DNA of 64,000 nt. Source: a virus (Duplodnaviria; Caudoviricetes). Location: IMG/VR virus record IMGVR_UViG_3300047160_005790, positions 1-64,000 of that record; one strand, written 5' to 3'. The translations under genes and the position numbers were made by a program. Below are positions 46,066 through 53,790 of the stretch, one piece after another. Under the pieces are notes generated by a model, which had not been told where the DNA came from, made no database searches, and saw only the letters and a list, made by a program, of their open reading frames with translations. Each line of letters opens with the position of its first letter. The first letter of the stretch is position 1.

Positions 46066-49000
46066 TAATCTGCAAATGGGTCAATTATCCAAAGATCAGA
46101 CACATCTATTTGTCGCGTCGCTGTGTAGCCTTTTTTAACTCCTCGACAAAGCATGAGATCGTGACCGAGTCGCATGCTCCAAAGTGCTTCTCGGAACTTG
46201 GGATAGCGATACCTGTCGATCCTGAGGCTTAGCTGGTCAGTTTCGTCATCGCCGATACAAACGAGCCATTTGCTGAGGTGCGGGTCTTTCACTTCCTCCG
46301 GCTTCAGCTCGATGCCGGTCTTCGCGCGGTTGAACTCGAACAGGTCGCGTTCGTTCCGCATCTGAATAGCGCCGAGCCAGATAACCGGGATGTCTTTGCT
46401 GCGGTGATACGGCAGGTCGATTGAAACGGTGACGGGCCGCGGCACATCCTTACCGAGCTTCTTCTCTCTGATCTCCTGCTTGACGTGAGCGATAGCCTTG
46501 TCGAGCCACAGCGCGTGAAACGGATCGTCGCTTTCGCCGAAGGCTACGATGTTTTTGATCGTCTTGTGGCCGATACCCTTCACTTCGATCAGGCGGTTCC
46601 AGTCCACGTGATGTAGCTTCGGGTTGTGCTCGCCCTCGGCCTTGCGCCATTCGATGATCGAGGTGGCCGTCACTTCGCCTATGCCCGGTACCTGCGTGAA
46701 CCCGGCGTACACCTTGCCGACGCCCCGGCGCCAGGTTCGTCCGCTACGGCGGACGTTCGGCGGCACGACATCGACGGACGGCCGGTCGCAAAGCGGGTTG
46801 CCGCGAACGGCGTCGCGGATCAGCATCGCGAGCTTGTCGCCCTTGCCCTGCTCGGCGGCGCGCGTACGGTGAGCGACTGAGGCGCGACCGCCGCGGATCT
46901 TGAACATCTCGGTGTAGAAAAGCTCCGGGTGATGCTGCTTGAACCACATTGTGTGAAAGCCGATCATCGTGTAGGAGTAGGCGTGAGCAGCGTTGTTGTG
47001 ATGAACGACGCCGTTCGCGACGAAGTTGTGTTCGTGATCGAGCATCTCTAGCTCGTACACCCATTCAGTTTCGAGCCGCGCCGAAACGTTGACGACGGAG
47101 CTGATCGTTGTCGGCCTGCCCTTCGAGTCGCGCCTACGGCGTATCCCCATACCGTAGTCGAACTTCTTGTGATGGTGATTACACAGGTACATCATGTTAC
47201 TCGGCTTGTGGTAACGGGCGTAATCGCCATTGAAGTCGTCAAGCGTCAGGATATGAGCGTATTCCTCGCGACCGTGACAGGCGCCGTTCGTACCGGCATG
47301 TTCACAAACGCCCTTCGCTCGTTCGAGCACGGCAGCCTTCGCGACGCTCGCCAACTCAGTTCGTCCGTCGATCCAGCTGATATTGCCTTCGCCCGACTGA
47401 AAGCCCTGACCTTCGTACGTCGTGCGCATCGGCTGTTCGCGCTTCGCCGATGGCTGCGAATAACGATACGTCGGGTCTTGACAGATGACTTCGTCGCCCG
47501 GCTGAAGTTCGCCGAGTTCTTTGTAGCCTCGATCCGTCAAGACGCGGTGTGGCAGCGTACCGGCGAACGTCATGCCGTTTTCAAGCGTCACGTCGTACAC
47601 GATTTGCGGAACGTCGGAGCGCTTGATCGAAAGGAACTCGGCGGGCCGTATCCGGCAGTCTTCTGCCGACAACGACTGAATTTTGATGCGCTTACCGTTC
47701 TGGCCGTAGCGGAGCTTCGCGCCGAGCGATGTGTCGCTGTTGTATGCCTCCCAAAGCTCTTTGAGTGTGTAGCGTCCGTCGTGGTGTCGATTTGCCCCGC
47801 CGGTTTGTATAACGGCGTCGCCGGTTAGGCAGAATGCGTAAGAGCCCGCTGTGATGCACATGCCCCAGATTTTCGCGGCTAGCTCGTCGCCCATGTCGGG
47901 GTGTAGCTCGCGGGCGCCTTCGAGCGCGAGTTCCCACTTGCGGTTGAACGCCTGCTCACCGATCTTACGGCTGATGATGCGTCGGACTTCGGCGCGGTGC
48001 GTCCAGTCGAAGTTGAAGATCTCGCCGAGAATGCGAAGGATCTGCTCCTGGTACACGATCTGGTACTGTGTGTTCGCCGTGATCTTTTCGAGCGACGGGT
48101 GAATCAAGTCGGGCTTCTTGTTGCCGGCTTTGATGTCGATGTACTCGTTCGCGGCGCCGTTGTGAAGCGGGCCGGGGCGCGCGAGTGCGTTTACGTCGGC
48201 GCACTCTTTGAAGCTCGTCGGCACGAGTGCGCCGCAGATATATCGCATCGCGCGGCCTTCGAACTGGAAGACGCCGAGGCAGTCGTTGACTCGGAACCCG
48301 GCGAGCGTGCGCTCGTCGTCGAGCGGGATGTTGTACAAATCGTCGAGCTTCCAGCCCATCTCTAGGCGGCAGTTGTTCAGCATCGTCATGTTCGACAGGG
48401 CGAGAAAGTCGAGCTTCAAAAGACCCTGCTTCTCGGCGTCGTACTTGTCCATCGACACGACTTGCTGTACGCCTTCGTCAGTCTTGCGCTCGTAGACGGC
48501 GCACACGTCGGTGATCGGGCCGGTCGAGACGACGATGCCCGCGGCGTGTACGCCGAAGCCGCGATAGTTGCCTTCTAGCTCCATGGCGATGCCGAGGTTC
48601 GGATGTCGCTCGAATACGCCGCGCGCCGTATCGAACGTCAGCACAGTGTCCTCGATCGTCGCCGAAGCGCGCAGGTCGCCGCTCGACCGCTCGATCAGCA
48701 CATTCTTGACCTGGTCTACCTCGAACTTCGGGATCTTGTACACGCGAGCCACGTCGTCCAGCGAGTTCTTGGCCTTGTAGCCGGTGAACGTTCCGATGTT
48801 CGATACGCACTCGTCGCCGTAGATACCGGCGAGGTACTCGCGCACCTGGTAACGAGTTTCGCTGTCGAAGTCGATGTCGATGTCGGGCAAGTCCTGTCGG
48901 CTCGGGTCGATAAACCGCTCGAACACCAAGTCCTCGTACAGCATCGGGTTGACCTCGGTAATGCGAAGTAGCCAGCAGGCGAGTGAACCGGCGCTACTGC

Positions 49001-50306
49001 CGCGCGCGGGGCCGACGGCGATACCGCGACCTTTGTCGCCGTGGTCCTTCGCCCAGCGTATCGCGTCGCCGACCACCAGAAAATAGTCCACGAAGTCTTT
49101 GTCCTCGATGACCTCGCACTCGCGTTCAAGTCGCTCGCGGTACCGGCGCTGCTCACCCCGAGGTAGGCGGTCGCAACGCCGGTATCGCCAGCCCTCTTCG
49201 AGCAAGTGTCGCCAGTATTCGACCGGCGTGGAGAACTTATCCGGCAACGGGAAGCGAACCATAGGCAGGATCGGCAGTTCGACGTTGCAGCGGTCGTAGA
49301 TTTCTTCGGTCGAGAGTACGGCCTGTACGGCTTGCTTCTTCGTGAGGCCGGTCGCTTGTAGCTTGCGCACCACCGAGGCGTCGTTCATCGGCGGGCAGAG
49401 GTTCGCCGCGTAGCCCCAGTCTCGCGCTTGCTCTTCTACGGTGTGCTTTCCGGATCGGACTGCGTGAAGTACCTGCTGTAGCTCTTTCTCGGTAGGCATT
49501 GTGTAGTGGCAGTCGAATGTTGCGACAAGAGGAATGTGTAGTTCCTCGCTAAGGTCCGCAATAAGCGCATTTGCTCGACGGGTCTCAGCAAGCTCCGGAA
49601 ATGCCTGTACTTCCAAGTAGTAGTTACCGTTGAAATTTGCCTTAAAGCGACGAGCAAGAGCCTTCCCTCGTTCGTAGCTCGCATCCTTGGGGGCCACAAG
49701 CTTGCCTCCCACCAAGGATGTGAAGAGCGCTGAACCTTGACAACCGGATAGCACCACCAGGCCGTCGCGGTGATCGCGCAGCATGCTCCAATCCGCCGTA
49801 GGTTCATAGTAGTAGCCCTCCGCGTAGGTTCGGGACACGAGGCGTAACAGGTTGTTGTAGCCGCGAGGCGTCGAAGCGAGCACCGTGAGGTGGTTCTTAC
49901 GTTGCGTAGCTTCCTCGCCGATTTTGCCTGTGTACAGCTCGACGCCGAAGATCGGCTTGACCCCCGCCTTCTGAGCAGCCTTCTCTAGACGTACGTGCGA
50001 CGAGACGTTGCCATGTTCGGTCATTGCGAGCCCGCGCATGCCTAGCTCAGTCGCTCGGCGAACGTGAGCTTCCGGCAGCTGGTAGCCGTCGAGGTACGAG
50101 AAGGTACTGTGATGGTGAAGCGACACGAAGGTCATCTCACGTGAGCGGTTCGGCAGGCGCCGCGTCGCACGGTCTTTGCGAATCCACGGATACTGTTCGT
50201 GCTCGCACTCGCCGTCGCGATGAACTTCGATACGAGTCTTGAGGCTGTCGAGGCTGTCATCGTGCGTAAGCGTGCGTGTGCGACGCGGTGACGTATCAGT
50301 CGCCAA
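46065..50306 (-). CDS. dnaE: DNA polymerase III alpha subunit with intein (start TTG 50306 or ATG 50135)
   Basis: PHP motif LHHHSTFSYLDG; GPARGSSAGS; PDIDIDF; GVHAAG; KLDFL; ALARPGPL. Confidence 0.97.
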   Translation of the reverse strand: MATDTSPRRTRTLTHDDSLDSLKTRIEVHRDGECEHEQYPWIRKDRATRRLPNRSREMTFVSLHHHSTFSYLDGYQLPEAHVRRATELGMRGLAMTEHGNVSSHVRLEKAAQKAGVKPIFGVELYTGKIGEEATQRKNHLTVLASTPRGYNNLLRLVSRTYAEGYYYEPTADWSMLRDHRDGLVVLSGCQGSALFTSLVGGKLVAPKDASYERGKALARRFKANFNGNYYLEVQAFPELAETRRANALIADLSEELHIPLVATFDCHYTMPTEKELQQVLHAVRSGKHTVEEQARDWGYAANLCPPMNDASVVRKLQATGLTKKQAVQAVLSTEEIYDRCNVELPILPMVRFPLPDKFSTPVEYWRHLLEEGWRYRRCDRLPRGEQRRYRERLERECEVIEDKDFVDYFLVVGDAIRWAKDHGDKGRGIAVGPARGSSAGSLACWLLRITEVNPMLYEDLVFERFIDPSRQDLPDIDIDFDSETRYQVREYLAGIYGDECVSNIGTFTGYKAKNSLDDVARVYKIPKFEVDQVKNVLIERSSGDLRASATIEDTVLTFDTARGVFERHPNLGIAMELEGNYRGFGVHAAGIVVSTGPITDVCAVYERKTDEGVQQVVSMDKYDAEKQGLLKLDFLALSNMTMLNNCRLEMGWKLDDLYNIPLDDERTLAGFRVNDCLGVFQFEGRAMRYICGALVPTSFKECADVNALARPGPLHNGAANEYIDIKAGNKKPDLIHPSLEKITANTQYQIVYQEQILRILGEIFNFDWTHRAEVRRIISRKIGEQAFNRKWELALEGARELHPDMGDELAAKIWGMCITAGSYAFCLTGDAVIQTGGANRHHDGRYTLKELWEAYNSDTSLGAKLRYGQNGKRIKIQSLSAEDCRIRPAEFLSIKRSDVPQIVYDVTLENGMTFAGTLPHRVLTDRGYKELGELQPGDEVICQDPTYRYSQPSAKREQPMRTTYEGQGFQSGEGNISWIDGRTELASVAKAAVLERAKGVCEHAGTNGACHGREEYAHILTLDDFNGDYARYHKPSNMMYLCNHHHKKFDYGMGIRRRRDSKGRPTTISSVVNVSARLETEWVYELEMLDHEHNFVANGVVHHNNAAHAYSYTMIGFHTMWFKQHHPELFYTEMFKIRGGRASVAHRTRAAEQGKGDKLAMLIRDAVRGNPLCDRPSVDVVPPNVRRSGRTWRRGVGKVYAGFTQVPGIGEVTATSIIEWRKAEGEHNPKLHHVDWNRLIEVKGIGHKTIKNIVAFGESDDPFHALWLDKAIAHVKQEIREKKLGKDVPRPVTVSIDLPYHRSKDIPVIWLGAIQMRNERDLFEFNRAKTGIELKPEEVKDPHLSKWLVCIGDDETDQLSLRIDRYRYPKFREALWSMRLGHDLMLCRGVKKGYTATRQIDVSDLWIIDPFAD
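46995..47831 (-). mobile_element. 279-aa intein with HNH endonuclease domain
   Basis: Block A CLTGDAVI, block B TLPH, HNH C..EYAHI...N...LCNHHH..FD, C-terminal VYEL...NFVANGVVHHN; flanks rejoin as SYAF|NAAH. Confidence 0.92.
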
Positions 50307-50314
50307 ATGTCCCC

Positions 50315-50491
50315 CTAGAACCAGCTGATGATTTCGTCGTTTTCGTCAACACCTTCATGTAGCCCTTCGTGGAACAACCCCTTCGCACATTCGACAATTT
50401 CTCCGTCCCGGTCGAGCGCTATATCGCACGGCCCGTACCCTAACGGGTCTTCCCGGTTGTCGCCGAAGCGGCCGTAGGTCACATTACTCAC
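50315..50491 (-). CDS. Small acidic protein (58 aa)
   Basis: My translation MSNVTYGRFGDNREDPLGYGPC...; GTGA overlap with thyX. Confidence 0.45.
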   Translation of the reverse strand: MSNVTYGRFGDNREDPLGYGPCDIALDRDGEIVECAKGLFHEGLHEGVDENDEIISWF

Positions 50492-51108
50492 AGTTCGAGT
50501 GCCTCTGCAATAACTGGTAAGTTGTCTTGAAAGATGGTTCTAACCATAACTGCGAGCGAGCGATGCTCTGTTTGTGTGTCTTCCGTCGTTCGCAAGGCGA
50601 GGTAGTGAATCCACGATCGGATCGTTCCGTTCATGTACAGCTTCGTTTGCGTCGATAACGGCAGCAAAAAACGAGCGCTCTCGCGAGCTATGCCGCGCTT
50701 TAGGGCTTCCCGGTATATCAAGAAGCTGCGCTGTATCACGACTTCCTGTGCGTCAATGAACCACTGTTGTTCATTGTCGGCTAAGTTGTCGATCGAGCTT
50801 TGTCGGTTGGAATCTGCCTGCCGGCGACCGAGGTAGCGAATGGCATCTTTCGGCGAGGCGTAACGCTGACTGAATTCCTGAAATTTGAAACTGCCGTGCC
50901 GCAGAAACTGTGTGGCAATTGCTCGCGACGTTTCGATCTCTACGCACATATTCGCCATGTCGAACGGCGACCAGTGTTTCTGCCGAACGAGGAACTTGAT
51001 GAGGTTTGTGTCTGTGTTTTCTTGATCACTCGATACGCGGGCGATGTACAGGATAACGGCTTCGGCGTCTGGCGTGATCCAGACGAGGCGTGCGTTGCTT
51101 TGCTTCAC
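50488..51108 (-). CDS. thyX: Flavin-dependent thymidylate synthase, canonical motif
   Basis: ARVS, HWSPF, SRAIATQFLRHGSFKFQEFSQRY, RESARFLLP, RSWIHY..LR; GTG at 51108. Confidence 0.92.
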   Translation of the reverse strand: MKQSNARLVWITPDAEAVILYIARVSSDQENTDTNLIKFLVRQKHWSPFDMANMCVEIETSRAIATQFLRHGSFKFQEFSQRYASPKDAIRYLGRRQADSNRQSSIDNLADNEQQWFIDAQEVVIQRSFLIYREALKRGIARESARFLLPLSTQTKLYMNGTIRSWIHYLALRTTEDTQTEHRSLAVMVRTIFQDNLPVIAEALEL

Positions 51109-52121
51109 TGCGGCCTCGGCTGTTCCTTGGTCGTTACGCCCGCCGTCGGGCTCGCCAACCATTCGGCCGGATCGATACCGCGGTACGTCGGACCCTTCAC
51201 ACCTAGATGTGCCGGCCCGACAGTCGCCTCCCGGTCTAGGTGCCACTCGTCCGACGAGATGCCCAGGCGCGCGAATTCTTGAACACGGTCACGAATCGAG
51301 CAGCCGCGGTCGAGTTCCGACATGAAGGCGCAGCGCCCGAGCCGGTAGCAGATCGGCGTAAAGCTACGGACGCCCGGCGACGCAATCAATTCCCACTGCC
51401 AGAAATCGACGAGGCTGTCCGGTGCAGGGTGGCCGATCGTTCGATACTTCTGTATTGCCTTCATCATGCCGAGGAAGACGGCTCGCCACTCGAACTGCGC
51501 CTGCGTACAGAGTCGGTTGCCCGCGGCCTCGAACAGCGCTCGCAGGTTCGTCGTGTAGATAATGCGAGTCGTCGTCGCGTGCGGCAGTAGGTAGCGCGCG
51601 TCCTCGGCCGGGATGCCCGCGTCGATCAGGGCGTTGTACGCCTTCTCGGCGGCTCGGATCGCGTCGGTGTAGATGACGAAGGCCGGTTCGTCGGCAGCGG
51701 GGCCGGGGATAATGCTCGGCGGTAGCGCCGCTTCCTTCGCCAAACCACGCTTAACGGCGAAGCGCAGTGACTCCTGAACGTAATATGCGCCCAAACGTTG
51801 TCTGACCATCTGATGGGTGAAGGAGCGCGTAACGCACTCGATCATGAACTTGACTTGTACGCCTTCGAGCGGCGTGTTGAGATGCGTCTTCATCAGCTCT
51901 TCCCACGCCCAGCGCCGCTCGTCGTTCGTGATCTCGGTAAGGCTATAGACAGGATCTCCGCGATACATCCTCATATCTGCGGCGAGGTTGCCGAGCGGGT
52001 CGGGCGTACCGCTCAACATGAAGACCTGCGGCACAATCTGCCGTGAGCCTTCCGCGCGTCGCATCGCTTGTGCTTCGTACATTGCATCGTCAGACCAACG
52101 AAGGATGTCCTTGCCGGTCAC
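51105..52121 (-). CDS. thyX: Divergent ThyX-family protein (RQR instead of RHR)
   Basis: TPLE, VTRSFTHQMVRQR...QESLRF, EDARYLLP...T, NLRALF...RLC..AQ.E.R. Confidence 0.8.
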   Translation of the reverse strand: MTGKDILRWSDDAMYEAQAMRRAEGSRQIVPQVFMLSGTPDPLGNLAADMRMYRGDPVYSLTEITNDERRWAWEELMKTHLNTPLEGVQVKFMIECVTRSFTHQMVRQRLGAYYVQESLRFAVKRGLAKEAALPPSIIPGPAADEPAFVIYTDAIRAAEKAYNALIDAGIPAEDARYLLPHATTTRIIYTTNLRALFEAAGNRLCTQAQFEWRAVFLGMMKAIQKYRTIGHPAPDSLVDFWQWELIASPGVRSFTPICYRLGRCAFMSELDRGCSIRDRVQEFARLGISSDEWHLDREATVGPAHLGVKGPTYRGIDPAEWLASPTAGVTTKEQPRPQ

Positions 52122-52444
52122 GTGACGTTTCCTCGCACGAGCCGCTTGCCGAACACGGAATAGTTGATGATGTCGTCGAACTCACTGTTGATCTCGGCGA
52201 CCATCGGTGGCTCCGGCTCGCCGCGTTCGAGCGCACTGATGACGCGGTCGATTTTGAATCGGATTGTGCGCGCTTGGTCGAGCGTCGAGTATTGCTTCCA
52301 CAGGCCGCGTCGTATTCGCTCGCGTTCGACGTAGACCTTGAATGCGTCTTCGAGCGCTGCCGCATACTCGCCCAGGTCTTCGTCCGATATGTGAGCAGTA
52401 TCTGGGTACTGAATGTCACCCTCGTTGTTGAACACGATGCTCAA
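52118..52444 (-). CDS. Nucleotide-modification-associated (Nmad1/DUF1599-like) all-alpha protein
   Basis: KIDRV..AL...DDIINYS pattern; directly upstream of the thyX-like gene. Confidence 0.55.
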   Translation of the reverse strand: MSIVFNNEGDIQYPDTAHISDEDLGEYAAALEDAFKVYVERERIRRGLWKQYSTLDQARTIRFKIDRVISALERGEPEPPMVAEINSEFDDIINYSVFGKRLVRGNVT

Positions 52445-53268
52445 CCTAGTACCTCCCGGCTTACGTTGTATGCAACGTCAAAGGCATCGTTCAGCAAAAC
52501 GCCGTGACGCCACTCCGCCCAGCGACCGGCGTGTACGAGCCCTCGCCAGCATGTACACGTGTTGCCGATCGCCTTTACGCCTTCGATGACGCCGTCGCCC
52601 TCGAAGCCGTAAGTGCTTTCGACGCTGCAACGGTCGCCGAGGATCGAGTAGCGATACCACACGTCCTCCGGCCGACCGTTGTAGATGATTACCTCGCGCC
52701 CCGCTTCGCCGTCCGGCAGGGCGAGCGATTTGATCCAGTACGGCACAGACTTGAACGTATGCTCGTCGTCGGCGCAGAGGAAACGTCGCGGCAGCGTATT
52801 GATAACGACTCGGAACAGCTTGAGAAAGTCCTCGATCATGCCCGGCTCGATCAGCAAGTGATGAATGTTTCGCTCGTAGCGTTTCCACAATTGATCGTAC
52901 GCCCAAATCGCGTTCCAGCTCGGATAGCTCTGGCTGTAGTTCTCCCAGCCGGTCGCGTGCGAGGAGTCGCCGTACACCTTGCGAGCGTAGCCCTCCGGCG
53001 TGCCCATACGAACGACGTTCACGAGGTTGTCGGCGTAGCTCGGCGTCAGCTCTGGCACCGCGCGTCGTAGGTGTAGCGAGCCGGGGATCTCGGACTTCTC
53101 TTTGATGCTGTAGACGAGCGGTTCGCCGCCCGCGAGTCGTACGGCGTGCGCCGCGAGCAACCCTGCCGGGCCGCAGCCGAGTATCGCGATGTCGTTCTTT
53201 CGCGACGTTCCTGGTTTGGGCCGGGCGATCGGCGGCAGCGTCGCTTCCCAGAGCCTCGTCTGACTCAT
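52441..53268 (-). CDS. FAD/NAD(P)-dependent oxidoreductase
   Basis: IAILGCGPAGLLAAHA Rossmann motif; C-terminal HAGRWAEW. Confidence 0.8.
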   Translation of the reverse strand: MSQTRLWEATLPPIARPKPGTSRKNDIAILGCGPAGLLAAHAVRLAGGEPLVYSIKEKSEIPGSLHLRRAVPELTPSYADNLVNVVRMGTPEGYARKVYGDSSHATGWENYSQSYPSWNAIWAYDQLWKRYERNIHHLLIEPGMIEDFLKLFRVVINTLPRRFLCADDEHTFKSVPYWIKSLALPDGEAGREVIIYNGRPEDVWYRYSILGDRCSVESTYGFEGDGVIEGVKAIGNTCTCWRGLVHAGRWAEWRHGVLLNDAFDVAYNVSREVLG

Positions 53269-53543
53269 TGCAACGGGCTCCCTTCGTAGCGCCCGCACAC
53301 CAAGCCGAGCAGGAACATGTGGAATAGCATCGAGCCGATCGCCGGTTCGAGTTGCGGGTCCATGGCTCGCCAGGCTTGGTTGTAGCGCTTGCGTAGTACG
53401 TCGATCAGGTGGTGCTGAACGTTCGCGTACGCTTCCTCGCTGACCTTTAGCTGCGCCATTTGCCGAGGAACGCTGCCCGGCGCGAGGCCGTAGATCAGGC
53501 GGAGCGTACGCTCGCCGCGTTCCATCGCTTCGGCGTCGATCAT
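53265..53543 (-). CDS. Hypothetical protein
   Basis: ORF with 4-nt overlap. Confidence 0.55.
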   Translation of the reverse strand: MIDAEAMERGERTLRLIYGLAPGSVPRQMAQLKVSEEAYANVQHHLIDVLRKRYNQAWRAMDPQLEPAIGSMLFHMFLLGLVCGRYEGSPLQ

Positions 53544-53547
53544 TCGA

Positions 53548-53790
53548 TCACCCCCTCTTGCTCAGCATTCTCTTCACGTTCGCCTTCCTGCCGCGCATGG
53601 CCCGCAAGCGTGCACGCTTCTGCGAACTGAGGCGCTTACGGACGGTGACCGGCGCGCGAGTTTGTTGTCGCTGCTCGGGCTTCGGCGGCTCGGGCAACGG
53701 ATCGAGATTGCGCAGGAAGACATTTTCGTCGATCTTCTTCGGCTTCTCTGATTTGTTGCGTCGAAGAATGCCGATGGTCCGCTTCTTCAT
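53548..53790 (-). CDS. Small highly basic protein
   Basis: ATG after GGAGG; Arg/Lys-rich. Confidence 0.55.
   Translation of the reverse strand: MKKRTIGILRRNKSEKPKKIDENVFLRNLDPLPEPPKPEQRQQTRAPVTVRKRLSSQKRARLRAMRGRKANVKRMLSKRG

Noticed and set aside
46995-47831. Insert interpreted as a group I intron or an ordinary domain insertion
   Set aside because: It is in frame and has intein blocks A, B, F and G at its ends.
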